Assembly (NCBI RefSeq): GCF_036321535.1 | Contig: NC_087438.1 | Coordinates: forward strand, 8,806,001 to 8,870,000 | Direction of reading: 5' to 3' | Origin: Camelus dromedarius | Taxonomy: Eukaryota | Length of the DNA stretch: 64,000 nt | Part shown: positions 48,881 through 62,600 of the stretch, one piece after another | How positions within the stretch are numbered: position 1 is the stretch's first letter | How the letters are laid out: each line of letters opens with the position of its first letter | Translations under genes and position numbers: made by a program | Notes under the pieces: model-generated | What the model was told of the DNA's origin: nothing | The model's input: only the letters and a program-made list of their open reading frames with translations | Databases searched by the model: none

Positions 48881-51800
48881 CACCTGCAAGTAAAATGAAA
48901 CAAGAGCTTCCACTGCCCATTCAGATTGGGCTTTAAATAAGGAAATGAGGAAACGTGGCAGTTGCCCCAGACAACGTGAGATTGACTTTATGTTCAGCTT
49001 GAGCACTCTGTAGTAAAATCAAGTTCTCCCTGGTTACACATCTAGAAGCGTGTATGTTTTAAAAGCATCTAGTTGTAAGCTGTAAGTCTTTATGCCCCCA
49101 ACAGTGCACATGCTACTTTTTGAAGGAATATGCCTGGTGGACTGTAAGAATTTTATTCCTCCAAATGTTACTTAAAATGATAACTTTTCTTTTCAGGACA
49201 ACATTGAACTGATTTCATTATGCTCTGCTCAGCACCCGTCCCACTGCTTTGCACACCTGGGTGCTTAATAATGTGATTCGATGATGAATTCCTATTATAA
49301 AACCTTCATGGGATTCAAAAAAATTTCACTGTATGATTTAGGTTACAGCATTTGACTAAAGTCTTTTTTTTTCCTTTTATTCATTTAATAAATATTTATT
49401 GAGGATTCTCAAGGTCAGAGTTTTTAATTATGGGCTTTGAGAGCAGAATAGAGGGAATTTAATAAATTCCTGATTTCTTTTTTGAAATTATATAAGGTCC
49501 AGGTCAGATGTGTAATTTAAATCTGTTCATTCAACTGAAGTTTATATAAGGTTGTACATAAAGGCCATACCCTTGTCCTTTGAGAGAGGGGACAGTTATG
49601 TTTCTGTCACTTTGGCATATAAAACAATTACACAAATGGTCAATTCAGCAAGTGCTGCTGAGCAAACAGCTAAATGTCTCCTATGAATATCCTTTTATCT
49701 CCATCTCAGGGAGTCTACTGTGTTTCTGTGATAATAGTTATGTTTTATGTGTGCATTTTTAAATTGTGAAATTCATGTTTCACATATACACTTAATTGTG
49801 ATCCCTTGGACAGCATTAATTTTTCTTTCATTTATCTATATAAAATGGATTTGGGCAGCAAACTGAAACTACGGTACTTATGAGAGAAAAGTTTTTGTGT
49901 ACTTAAAAAAACACTGTGGTCACCATTTTAAAGACATGGTTTCCAATGTCACATAGAGACCAGCCCCACAGAACCCACTGACAGTGGCTTGACTGTTATA
50001 AATAATTCTCCTCGATGGATGATTTTCTAAGCCACACACCTGGCTCCACGTAGCGTATGAACCTGAAAGCAATCTGCTTACATTTCTTTAGCTATAAATT
50101 GAATGTGTCCATTTTCACCATCTCAGTAAGACACTCACTTCTTCTCTACTCCCCAGCTCAGTGACACATTTTGAATTTCTAATGAAATTAAAGTGCAAAC
50201 CTCACCCGTCTCCCCAGGGTCAACTTTTTTCATTTCGAAGGGGAGGTGTGTGCAGCAGATCTGTCCCAAATTGTGGGCCTGTCAGGAGCTGCGGGCACAC
50301 ACACTCTCCTCCCGGCGGACAGGGCAGGGGCTACAGGAGAGGCCATTCTGCCTCAGTGGTACTGAGTGACCTGGTCATTTATTTCACCTCAGCTGATATG
50401 TTAAGAAGGATGGTAATGCCACCTGCAAGCCCAGTCTTTTTCTTCTCCAGCTAGAAAGTGTTAGTAAATGATACTTTATTGCTTATTTTCTTCTTCATGT
50501 CTTGTACAAAAAGAACATTATCCAGCGTATCCGGGCAGTGTAGGTACTGCTTCAGGGCAGTTCTGTGTCCTCTGTGACATGGGCACTGCTTTTTTTTACG
50601 GCCTCTATGTCTTTTAGTGGGAGAATATTTACACAACTTGATATTAAGTGAGGTTATTAATATTCCTTTTCCTGGGTTGAAATGGTTTCTCCCCTTAATT
50701 CAAATATAATTACTTTTTATTGCCACTCACTTGAATTGCTCATCAGCTACCATGAAGATTCAAATCTGTTTGGTTTTGTAATGATCCACTTCAACCTGAA
50801 ATGATGGGATGAGAGCCTGCATTTTATAGTTTAATTAATTTGTTCATAAAATGGGTTAGTTACCGAAACTTGTGTTGCTGCTGTGGTAGGTTGAGTTGTC
50901 TGCTGCTATAAGTCAACAATTTACATGAACTGACAGTTTCTCCTGCCTCTGATGGAAACGCATGGTCTTTGGAGAAATTAACCAGGTTGTTATTAGAGTC
51001 ATAATTAAACTCGGGGGAAATGGGTGTCCTGACGTTTAATACCTGGACAACAGAGGTTCTTGTAATGTTTATCCCTTATATTTGATAAATTATCATAATA
51101 CTAAAAATTACTTGTAAAGCACAAGTTTGTTTATCTCTTTCTTCGTTTTTTGGGTCCACCTGTCTCTAAACTTTCCGTAATCCTTCCAGTGGATGAACTA
51201 ATGATCCTATTGGTTTCAGCCTTTCTTACTGTCTGGCAGCAATCATATAGCACCATCATCTGCATGAATTCCTTACGGTCAACACAGACTATTTTGAAAT
51301 AATTGGCAATAAATCTACCAGACATCTAAATTACTTCCTAATGGTTTAGAATTGAAAAGGAAACTATATCGACTCATTGACCTTGTGTAACTCCCGGAGA
51401 TCTTTAGAATGATCTGTTTGAAAACTGTTAATTCACTGTTACCAGGTAATATCAGACAAAGCAAGCCATCTATCTCTGAGTCAAAATAAAAAAAATTATA
51501 TTTAAAAATCCCACTCTTCCTTCCAAAGAGTAATTAATGTGTCAGAGTGTAAACTCATATTTGTTTTCACACAAGCTGTTTTCCTTAAACTATTTAATGT
51601 TTTCTTATAAATAGTTACAACTTTTAGGGAATATGCTAATCAGTTTTTGTGTATGTATAAATTCTGTGTAAATAACTTATTGGACTAATTTCAATTTCTA
51701 ACTTTTACACAACAATTACATTTTTTAACTACAATTTTTTGAAGGTGCAAACTAAGAGATTGCATCAGTTAGTGTTGTCATGAGGTGTAAATTTGAAGTT

Positions 51801-52194
51801 AATGTTCTAATTTGCTCTTAAAGAGTGAACAGCAAGTCAAACAATATTTTAGGATGTTACGGTTTCATCATTTATTTCTAACCCAAAATTAGAGTAGAAA
51901 CTACAAAATAGAAGCAGACCAAGTATGTTCAATAGTTTTGTTTTTAATAGTATAACATATCTTTTTAACATTGTAAGGTTTCCTAAGAAATATTAATTTG
52001 GTAAAATAAGACCATCAATGGTGACTGAATGACTGATACTATTCTCTCTACAATTTTTACATTAATATCTCAAATTACAATGTAAAACCACATAGTGAGA
52101 TAAGTTTTAGAAAGAAATGACCTGTGTTTTAGAGGAATATTGCAACATCTTAGAAGTAATGTGTTATCTTTTTTTCTTTTATTTGTTTTCTTTT

Positions 52195-52680
52195 GGTTGC
52201 CCTGTGTCAGGTATGGTTCAGATAACTTCACATATTAACTCTTTTTTTCTGTTTTTTTTTTAAGTTGAAGTACAATCAATTTACAATGTTGCGTCAATTT
52301 CTGTGTACAGCATACCGATTCAGTTATACATATGTATATATTCCTTATCATATACTTTTCCACTATAGGCTCTTACAAGATATTGAATATAGCTACTTGT
52401 GCTATACAGCAGGACCTTGTTGTTTATCTATTTTATATATAGTAGTTAGTACCTGCAAATCCCAAACTCCCAATTTATCCTTCCACCTCTCCCTCCCCAT
52501 CTCTTTACTCCCACTTAGCCCTGTGAGAGACAGACTTTGGTGATCACAACATCAAAGATGAGGAAACTGAGATGGAGAAGGTCATTTGTTTGGTTGCTTG
52601 CTCAAGGTCTTGCAAGCTAGCAGCAAAAATGTGGTTTGAATCCATGCTACCCCACTCCAGAGTCTCTGCTTCTCCCTGCT
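52195..52680 (-). mobile_element. MIR split by an L1 insertion
   Basis: CTGTGTCAGGTATGGTTC..CACATATTAACTC [L1] CTCTTTACTCCCACTTAGCCCTGTGAG..AGATGAGGAAACTGAG. Confidence 0.7.
52245..52500 (-). mobile_element. Cetartiodactyl/camelid-type L1 3' end
   Basis: Poly(T), then TTGAAGTACAATCAATTTACAATGTTG..ACAAGATATTGAATATAG..GCAAATCCCAAACTCCCAATTTATCC; CTCTTT on both flanks. Confidence 0.85.
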
Positions 52681-53884
52681 AAACAGGGCCACTTCTCAAA
52701 TTAATTACTGAGCCTCTAATTTTGATTATTCACAGGATGCAGGCTGCTCTTCAAGGATTTATGACCTTGGTGGAAAGGTTATTTTCAATTGAGCAATCCA
52801 AAAAGAGCACTGGCAGGGACCCTACTGTGTCGGCATTCCCAATGGCCAGCAGAATAAAACCTTATTCCTACAAGGGCGTCTAAACATCACATCACAGAGA
52901 CTACCACCAACAGTAAACACAAAATTCATTCATCTGCCTTTTAATTTATTTGTTTAATATTTGAGATTTATTTACATAGAAGCTTTTAATTGCCATTGTC
53001 TTATTAGGAACTGCAGACATATTCAAGGGTTTACTGTCTAGTGGTAGTCATGGACTTGGGGATGAGGGTAGTTTATCCAGAAGAGGAGACAGAAAAGTGG
53101 AATGTTAGATTATGTAAGTAGCCAAGCAAAGGGGTAGGGACAGCATTTTAAGTGAAATAAACAGAGACTTGGAGACAAAACATTTAAGAGAAATTCTTTT
53201 CAGGGAGAGGATGAAAAGTAATATAAGCAAAGGAGAAAACAAACACGTCGAGGAAATCTATAGGAGCTGCGTCTAGAAAGGAGCAATTTCTGAATCTCAT
53301 GGTAGTGCAGCATTTCTTCATAATTTACTCAGAATTAACACTGACTGGAAAAGTGCATAAAATAGAAGTTCTAAATTGAAAATTTCTTTGAAAACTCGTG
53401 AAATACATTTCACCTGTATTTTACATGTACTACAGCATTATAAATCCAAGTTTGTTTTAATAGGAAATTATATTTTGAATATTTTTCATTAAATAAGAGA
53501 CATTTGGTTAATTATACTGAAATAAAGGCTAATTAATTCCAGACATTCCTACAAGACCTACCCAAAACCAACAAAATGATGACAAATATTGAAGAAAATA
53601 TCTTCAATGGGAACATGGAATGATGAAAATCTTAAATGAAAACTACAAAGTAAAAGTAACAATGTGGAATGTGGATCAAGATAAAGAAGAAAGCTGAAAA
53701 CTGACACAGACCCTCAGATCTCGAGGAGGAAGGATATTTCTTTAAGATTAAGTGTGTGAACCCAAGGAGTCTTCTCCTGTGATCCTGCATTAGGTCAATG
53801 AGACACCGAGTCTACGTGTGTGTCATGAAGGGACAGATCATGCACCCGAGAGACCAATTTGACAATGAATGAGATAGTAACTGC

Positions 53885-53980
53885 TCTTTGATAAGGGTGC
53901 CACGTATACGATGGGGAAAGGATAGTCCCTTCAACAAATTATGTTGGGAAAACTGGATATCCTTGGCAAAAGAATGAAAG
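53885..53980 (+). mobile_element. Short L1 ORF2 fragment
   Basis: TTTGATAAGGGTGCC..GGGGAAAGGATAGTCCCTTCAACAAATTATGTTGGGAAAACTGGATATCC (GKDSPFNKLCWENWIS). Confidence 0.8.
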
Positions 53981-56239
53981 ATTCTGATCACTTGATATTT
54001 TTCATAATCACTTTTTTCTTTAATGAAGGAGGAATCATCTAATCACTAATATTAGATTTCATTAACATTAGGAAATCATTAATTAGAAGGTGCACTGTTA
54101 TTTTAAGCAGCACTAATGAAGAAAAATAAAGGAGACAAACTCTGACATATTATTAAGATGTTCTCAGCTATAAAGCCATTCTGATTTCAAAGAGCTTAGA
54201 ATGTGGAAACTTAGGTAGCTTTAATTGATGCAACACTATATGTCTTTTGCTGAGAAGCATTTATCTGAACTTTAAAAATTCTTTTTAACTTTAATAACTA
54301 CATACTATATTTAAGTAACCTTAAGTTTAAGATCTTTATTCAAAAATAACATATATATTATTTGCATTTATTCTTATGCTCCTTTATGTTAAATGTATAT
54401 CTATATTCTCTCTCTCCATCTATATTTCTATCCATACATTCATTCATACTCTTACATATATTTTTCTCCATAGAAAGATGTATGTAACTGTCTCCATCAC
54501 ATAGTAACTAAGGTTTATTCATGTGATTGTATTTAATGCATACATACATGTGTCTGTACATATACAGTTTCCTTGGTTGGTTAGTCCCTTCCTTGAAATT
54601 TTCGTATGAGAACATCTATTGAATTTACAAAAAAATCATTATTCTTAGAAAAGTTGCTTTCCATCCAGAAATAACTATAACAAAAATGTCTTGCAATTTT
54701 TCTTGGACGACATTGTTGTATTACCAGCCAATTGTAGAGATTTGTTCTGCTTCCAGTAGGTGCGATCCTGCATATCTAGTTTGGTGTCTGGGCAATTTCT
54801 TTACCTCTTTTTGCCTCAGAACACTTTTGAGAAGTCAAATGTATAAAGATACATGCATATATGTGTATGTATTTACATATATATGTATAAAAACAATTTT
54901 TCACTGCTCAACATTTGGAAAATTACTGTGGAACACTTTTCAGAAAGCTGCAAAGAAGTAACTGAATATAAAGTATAGTGTTTTCAGGCTGCTGAAGTGC
55001 TGGTGGACAGTTTTCTTGGTTTATCTTCTTGCTGATGGATTGAGTGGCTCATATGGAAGATTGACTCAGGCTATTCAATTTACTGTCTCAGAGGACTATT
55101 TGTTGTGTGATTCGTACCACTGACAGTTGACTTATGATAGATTTATTTTCCAAGAAATAATCAACTTTGAATCACAAGTTAGTAAACCAATGATCAAGTA
55201 ATCTTTATTCCATCTAATTACCTTAAAATTTAAGCCAAACCAAGAAAGTCATGGAGAAGAAGCATAGAATTCTAGCACTGCCACTTATTCAAATTGTGTT
55301 ACAGGGGAATTTATTTAAGTTCTCAAAACATTAATCTTTTCATCTATAAAGAATTATTTTTGGGGAGGAAAAATGATAAAATGTATGAAAGCATTAGAAA
55401 CATTATATGCCTGAAATAAACATGTTTAACAAGCACAATATTATGTTATATAATACAGATGATATATGTATTTATAAGTTTATCACATATTATATGTTTT
55501 ATATATATAAATAAACTTTTGTCTAAATGTATCAAAAGTAGGATCATGTTCCTCATTAACCGAGGTATTTCTATGGACAGGGAAGGAGGGGAGGACAATA
55601 AATCTACCCAAGACCATTGAGAGTAGGAAGGGACTGAAGTGGAGTTCCCACCTTGAAGAAGACAAATTGCAGAAAGGGCAGAGACTGCCCCCAGCTGGAT
55701 ACTGGAGCGGGTAATCTCTGTCTTGGGGACATGTTTCCATCAGCCCTGTGGAATTTGTAGCCCCCAAGCTACCAATTTAGAACCTGTTCAGAATTGTGGG
55801 ACTCAGATGATCTGGAAAACAGAATTATAAAAACCACCAGAGCATCTTCAATGTTATCTTCAAATACAAATACAAAACTTCCCCCTTGATATTTGCTTGT
55901 ACACAGAAAACTAATAACACGTAACGCAGACAAGAAGCACAACAAATTTAATCCAGAAAGGACTGTAAATGCTGAAAGTATCAGGGAAAAATTGAAATGA
56001 GTATATTTATAATCCACAAATAGATAATGGAAAAATATTATCTAAAATGAAACAGTATCTGTGAAATGAACCAGAATACTTGCATAGGAAATCTAGGCAA
56101 CAATAAACGTCAAGAAAAATGAAACAAAACAAAGAAGCACAACTCTGAAACTTCTTTTTTATTCACCAACCTTTCCATGTGTAATGAAAACAAAGTTCTT
56201 TGTACACGTTGACTCTGGCATTGTTCTACTAATATGTTA

Positions 56240-56410
56240 TGCTCATGGCAGAGGGCACAGTGTAGGTTTGGAAGCAAATTCTGGGTCTTCATTTACATGA
56301 CGTATAAGTTTGGGAAATTTACTTAATCCATCCTACTTCAATTTCCTCATTTGAAGATTATTAAAAAAAATGGCATCTCAGTAGTGAACATTGAAGATTA
56401 ATTAGCTAAC
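56240..56410 (+). mobile_element. MIR
   Basis: TTGGGAAATTTACTTAATCC..TCAATTTCCTCATTTG. Confidence 0.6.
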
Positions 56411-57419
56411 ACAGTTTATTTCATCCTAAACCCATAATGTTAACTTTAATTACTGACTGACAGTGTTTAGCCTTGAAATGGGCTCTCTAAATCAGTCACT
56501 TGGGGGGTATTAATTATTTCAGTGAATAACAAACTCATTATGTGTGATCGCTTTGTTCATTCGTTTGTTTGTTTTACCCATAACTAAGACACTTTTCCTT
56601 CATGAAAGAAATAAAATCATTAAACGTCAAGTTTAAAGTTCCTGACTAGCAAACTCTTCCAGGTAAGCTAGTGTATATTTCATCGGTTTCACAAATTATT
56701 CTTGATTACACAACAAAATTGTCAAGGTCGAAGCTTGTGTAAGCGATTGTACAGTGTTTTGTTTTGCTTCGTTTTGCTTTTTTGTGTTTGTTGTTTTGCT
56801 TTCACATTGCACTCCTAACTCCTAGCAGAGAGATGTTAAAAAGGTGTTAAATCAGGCTGATTTAATTCACAAGTAAAAGAAATATTATGAAGAATATTGT
56901 ATAAAATCCTTCCATAATCTGGAATATGCTGATTTCTTTTTGTTCTTTCCAGCTGCATTTGGAATTTTACATATTTGGAGGCATAAAAGTAGATTAGAAC
57001 ATGGTCCTTGGAAGCTCTACTTACTAGAACATTATTGTGAAATTCTAAAATTTGCAGAATATATATATATTTAATTTTCAGTTTTGGCACTAAACATAAT
57101 GCCATAAATATATATTGCTGTTTTTATTTTTTCATGCCTAACAGAAGTATTCAAGGTATTAATCATATTAATGCAAAAGTACTTAAAACCAAATGGGAAG
57201 TTTTGATTTTCATCTCTCCAGCAGATTTGTGTGACTGACTGCCAAAGGGCTGCTTTGGACTTGCTTTGAATTGTGAATTACCATTTATATCTCAATGGTC
57301 TTTAAAATCATGATTAGGAAGAAAATATATGTGGGAAATTACATAGGAATATATAAATATAGCAATGTTAGGAATATATGTTTATAATATTTTTAATTTT
57401 TATTTTCTGCTTAAGTATG

Positions 57420-57884
57420 TGTATGAGTTCTGTGGGGCTGCTGTAACAAAGTAACACACTGTTGGTGGCTTAAAACAATAGACAGACATTTTCTCACAGT
57501 TCTGTAGGCCAGAAGCCTGAAATCAAGATGTCAGTAGGGCCATGCTCCCTCTGAAGGTTATGGGGGCGAATCCTTCCTTGCCTGTCCCAGCATTTGGTGT
57601 TTGCCAGCATTCCTTGCCATTGCTTGGCTTGTAGACACACTCCAGTCACCTGGTCATTTTCTCCCTATGTGTCTTCACATCATTTTCCCTCCATAATTTG
57701 CTGTCTTTTTGCTCAAATTTCTCCTTCTTATAAGACACCATACTGGATTAAGGCCCACACTAATGGCCTCTTTGTTACTTGATTAGCTGTGTAAAGACCC
57801 TATTTGCAAAAATGTCACAGCCTGAAGTCCTGGGGCTTTGGACTTCAGTGTATCTCTGTAGGGAGACACAATTCAAACAGAATA
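57420..57884 (-). mobile_element. MLT1C-like MaLR solo LTR
   Basis: GGGCTGCTGTAACAAAGTAACAC..TCTCACAGTTCTGTAGGCCAGAAGCCTGAAATCAAGATGTC..GAGACACAATTCAA. Confidence 0.85.
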
Positions 57885-58399
57885 GTGCATTTATTTATTT
57901 TTTTTTAAATTATCTTTGAGCAGCTCTAGTTTTCTCCCTTTTCTAAATGAAATTAGGAATCAAGATCAAAATACTTTTCATCTTCTAACCCAATTGAATG
58001 ATTAAAGAGATTTTCAGATGGACCGAAATATTGAAAACATGGCCTTGTTCACATTTCTTTTAAGATTGGTCGTAGTTTTACTCTCATTAGAGTCTCCTTT
58101 AAAATATAAACTGAACACAAAATTCGTTTTAGATTAGATGTTTGATGATTGGCTCAGCAGATTAAATTATGCATACTTTGTAGGGAAGGATCACTTTTAT
58201 GCTTAAATTTTCATCACAAGTTGAAAAGAGTCGATTCCTTAGGGTGACATTGACATTATGTTAACACACTCAACTACGCACGTCTCAGAGTAGGGTATTC
58301 AAAAGACAACATCTGGTGTCTAGAGTCTTACTCCCAAGGAGGAACAATGCCAGCAGGGGACACAGCTTAGTACTGTTTCCATTAAAATGGAAAGTCTCT

Positions 58400-58856
58400 C
58401 CTCTAAAATTGTCTTCCTCACAAAAACATACAACCTCAGTTAATCATGATAAAAACATCAGACAAATGCCTGTTGAGGAACATTCTACAAAATACCTACA
58501 AAGTACCTGACCAGTAGTCCTGAAAAGCACTGAATGACTCCTCGAAGTCATTAGAACAATGAGGCTGAGAAACTGTCACAGCCAAGAGGAGGCTCAGGAG
58601 ACATGAAAATTAATGCAATGTAGTATCCTGGACGGGGTCTTGGAAGAGAAGAAAGACATGAGGGGAAAAACTAACGGCATTTGAATAAACTTTGGTTACA
58701 ATAATACATCAACATTGGTTTCTTCATTGAGACAGTTGCACCCTACTAGGGCAAGCTGCTAGCATAGCGCGGTACACAGAAACTCTAAACACACTCTAAA
58801 CATTTCCACAAAGGTAACGTATTCTAAGATTTTAAAAAGTTTATTTTAATAAAAAA
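58400..58856 (+). mobile_element. L1MC-like 3' UTR
   Basis: AAACATCAGACAAATGCCTGTTGAGGAACATTCTACAAAATACC..GAGAAACTGTCACAGCCAAGAGGAG; same family as 21592-22020. Confidence 0.75.
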
Positions 58857-58900
58857 TGGATGAAGAAACTGACATTTGGCAACAGTGGATAACTTACACT

Positions 58901-59598
58901 CAGGAAGGGGTTACTGTATTGGCTGCAGAAAATCAATACCTTCTTATCAAAGAAGCATTGGGTTGCTACTTTACAGTAAGAGTAACGGGACATGTGTCTG
59001 GAATATTAGATGTCCCCTGGGACACCTCTTAGTAGTCCCATGTCCTGGATGACAATCAATGGAAAACTACAGAAACACAAAAGAGCCAGGACTGGAACCT
59101 TCAGAAATGAAGCTGATTTGGGTCACCCCATCAGACAAAGGATCACACCAAGATGCTTACAGATGGTGGAGAAAATAAGGTATGGATGATGAGAGGGCGA
59201 ATTTGTAAGAGCTATGACCACGTGAGCAATTGTAGAAATGAGACTGTAATAGTATGAGTATTTCTCCCTTATTTTGGTATTTATGTATTACTGTACAATT
59301 AACCAACTTCCCCCTTCCCCCATATCCTGTCACCTCACATAAAAATGTGAGTAGTAGATAGTCTTCTATATTAGTATTTAGTCTTCAGCATATTAAAGGG
59401 GTGTGACTCAGCTAAAAGAGCAGTGAACCTCATCCAAAGGTGTATAATGTGACTGTGCATTCTCTTTGGGGAGCAGTTGAAATGTCCTCAGTGTATGAGA
59501 AAAAGCAGAAACACAGCAGGTGACAGCCTAATTTTATTCATTTGAAAATTAAGGGTGATTAAAAGTGATGTGCACAGGGGCCAGGGTAGGAGGTTGAC
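58901..59598 (+). mobile_element. ERV-L internal 3' region with dUTPase remnant and polypurine tract
   Basis: Frameshifted translation GVTVLA / IGLLLYSKSNGTCVWNIRCPLGHLLVVPCP resembles the ERV-L dUTPase C-terminus; purine-rich AGGGTAGGAGG just before the LTR. Confidence 0.8.
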
Positions 59599-60152
59599 TG
59601 GTGGTGCTCAACTGTGTCAACTTAGCTATTTTTCCCAGAATCCTCTTTACCAGATGCACTGGATTGGAGAAGGATGTGCAATATCTGAAGGCAAAATGGG
59701 GCAGCAGTCATTAAAGTCGGAAGGTCTCAGTGGGAGGTGGAAGTGCTGTAGCTCACATGTATCCTCTCTGATCTGCTGGCTCATTAGCCCAGCCAGGTGC
59801 CCGTACTTCAGGTTCTTCCCAGCCAGGCCAGGTATCTGTGGGAAGGTCAACAGATTCTTCTGCAGGTCATTTCATGGTCAAGGTTGGAGGCAGTGAGAGA
59901 CTGACACAGATTCCCCTTTGTTCTTGAGGGTTCAGTTTGTCCTCTTGGGTTTGAATTTGTTTTTGTGTTTCCCTGCCATGTATCTAACTCTTTTTTGGAT
60001 TCATATGACACCAGGCTCATCATTGTAGCTAGATGCCTTCCAAAGACCTCTTTGTGAGCTCCCACAAAGGACTGTGTGAGGCTTAATCTTCACAATCAAT
60101 GCCCTACTTAATGTTATTCATAGTACTTCTGAGCCTCTGATCAAACCCTACA
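59599..60152 (+). mobile_element. ERVL 3' LTR (LTR40-like)
   Basis: TGTGTCAACTTAGCT..TTCCCAGAATCC, GAAGGCAAAATGGGGCAGCAGTCAT; ends CTCTGATCAAACCCTACA. Confidence 0.65.
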
Positions 60153-60499
60153 TAATAAAAAACACACAAGGGAAAGCTGAGGAGGTGGGTGGACCAGAAT
60201 GAGAAACCAGGGAACAAACATTAGGGCCACTAAAGAGAGAGAAATTTGGAGAAATAGCTGGTTTTTCCTTGCCCACCCCCTCAACACTGTTTGAAGAAGC
60301 AGAGGTTAGCTGGTGTATCTGCAGAAGGAATAAAGCAGCAGGCAGTGGCTGGAGACGAGAGGGGTGTCCTAGGAAGAGAGTAGCGTCATGAGGACATGGG
60401 AACCTCAAGAAACAGAGATCAAGATTGCCAACTCACCCCAACAGGTAGCACAGCCTGCCCCAATTGTTCCGCTCAAGTACAAGAAACAAGGTCCTGTAA

Positions 60500-62600
60500 C
60501 CAGTTACATCCGTACTCAAAGACAAAGGAACACAGAGAATCAAATTAAAAGAAAAGTAGGAAAATTGAACCTCACTAACTGCTTAAAGAAAAGAAGCAAA
60601 GTGAATAAGCCATCAACTCTAACCAACAGAATAATTCGTTAACACGGGACTGCACAGGGGCAATCCCAAATCATTTAAAAATTTAAAATAAATGTTTAGA
60701 GACGCTGGACATGATTTAATCCCCAAAATGAATAGTGTTATAAAATAGGGAAGAAAGTCTGCTGAAACTTAAAACATGATTATAATAAGTTAAGAATGAG
60801 AACAGCATAGTAAAGAGGATGAGAAGTAGACTGAAGAGACCGAGGTTATCTGTGAGGGAATACGAGTTGGGTTAATAATGAAATTTTCATCATACATATT
60901 GATTGCGGGATGACAACTATCTTAAACATTCCAAGGGGAAATTAACTGGAAACTCGATTCCTCTGTCCAGCTATACCAGAATTTGTGGGAAAGGACAAAT
61001 TGAAAACTTATTTTTGATACTCAAAGGCTCATAAATTTTTACCGAACTAGAGGATATCTCTGAAATAATTGTTTAAGAATAAATTGTTTTAAGGAAATTT
61101 TAGGCTAAGAGAAATATTAATGCTAATTATAGTAGTAAAACTTAAGTATATGTCTAAATAATTGTTGCCATAATTTAAAAAATCTAAATATAGACTCCTA
61201 GGAGATCTACAATGGTTATCGTGGTGGGGGAGAAAAGTGAAAATACGCTAAGGTATTTCTTATTCAGAGATAAGATATAGATACTGTTTGACTTCAAACT
61301 CTACTGGAAAAATATGAGATGAAGTGAAACAAAAAATATTGTTTAAATCATCAAAAGGAAAAATGAGGAAAAGGTAAAACAGAAAGCATAACTAGAAAAC
61401 ATGAAATACAATGATGGGGGTGCAATCAGGAAACTCAGTCTGATGATAAGGATGAACTGGAGATAATCTCAGTGGTTCAAACAACCCGGTTAATAGCCTT
61501 TGCAATAGGCTATTTACAAGGGGTAGTATTTAAAGGCAAAAAATTAGAAAGTTTGAAAATACTGGAATAGAAATGACGGTTGAACAAAGAAAAAATAGTC
61601 ATATTGTAATACTGTGAAAATTAGTCAGGTGAAAATCAAAGCAAAAAGCTTTGCAAGGGTTGAGAGGAGGCATCTGAGCACGGTGCCAAGGCTGCGATGA
61701 ATGAAGGAGGTGTTCATTAGGTCCCTGAGTGAGACTGATGCCAAGTGGAGAAGGCTGGACAGCCTGTGGACAGAAGTGTGGAAGATGCTGTTATTATTAT
61801 AAGGAAGTGGCTGAGGACAAGATGGACCCAGTGTGCAGTAAAAAACAAATAGTTTTCAAATTAAAAGACTGTGGGGAGCTGTGTCTTCGAGGCAGAGTCC
61901 CATTTCAGTTCAAGAATGGAGTGGGAGAAATATTTACAAATCCCATGACGACAGAGGTGAGTGTGCAGATTATCGAGGAAGAGATGATTCTGGAGGAAAC
62001 CACCGCAGAATGTGGGAAGAAACGAGGCTACATAAGTATAAAGCAGAACGGGGCACCTGTCCAGGAGGTGGCTGTCATCTCAGGGGTTTGCCCTGGAATG
62101 CAGGGAAATCAGCTGTGCTAAGGGCAAGGATTTCCTTTCCCTCCCAGTGGCTGGGCATCTGCAATGGAGGCAGAGATGGGCAGAATGCCTTTAGGGAGGG
62201 CCAGGAAGACAAGGTGGCCCTTTTTCAGAGTTAACACTGCATTCTGGTGACTGGCACTTTCAAAAGAAGGGCAAGAATGGGTAACTGGGCAGATCATGAG
62301 CCTCTCTCACTAAGGCTGCCCCTCAAGAATTTGCTTCAACAAGTGTTCTGGAAATTTGCCAGTTTGCAGCAGCATCCTTTCTCTAGGGGAATACAAGGAC
62401 GTATAAGGAAGAAAAATTATGAGATTCCACTACTGAACATTAAGTCTTTGAAGACAATGTTCAAAAGGGAGAAATTACAATGCAAAAAGTTGAAGACCAG
62501 TTCCTTATGGAAATAAGGCAAGAGGCTAAATACATACACCCACGTACACACACACATTCATACATGTTGATCAACCTTGAAAATGTGCTTACCACATCCT
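60500..62600 (+). mobile_element. Very degraded old L1 (L1ME/HAL1-like)
   Basis: A-rich ORF1-like DNA; endonuclease-like AAAATCAAAGCAAAAAGC (about 61635); RT motif GGGGTTTGCCCTGGAATGCAGGGA (PGMQG, about 62083-62106). Confidence 0.55.

Noticed and set aside
51131..51325. 64-aa ORF ending in NLS-like PKKRRKR
   Set aside because: Short, no homology that I recognise, and the basic tail is explained by an A/G-rich stretch
54030..54240. Possible Tigger-like DNA transposon remnant
   Set aside because: Only vague similarity; terminal inverted repeats could not be identified
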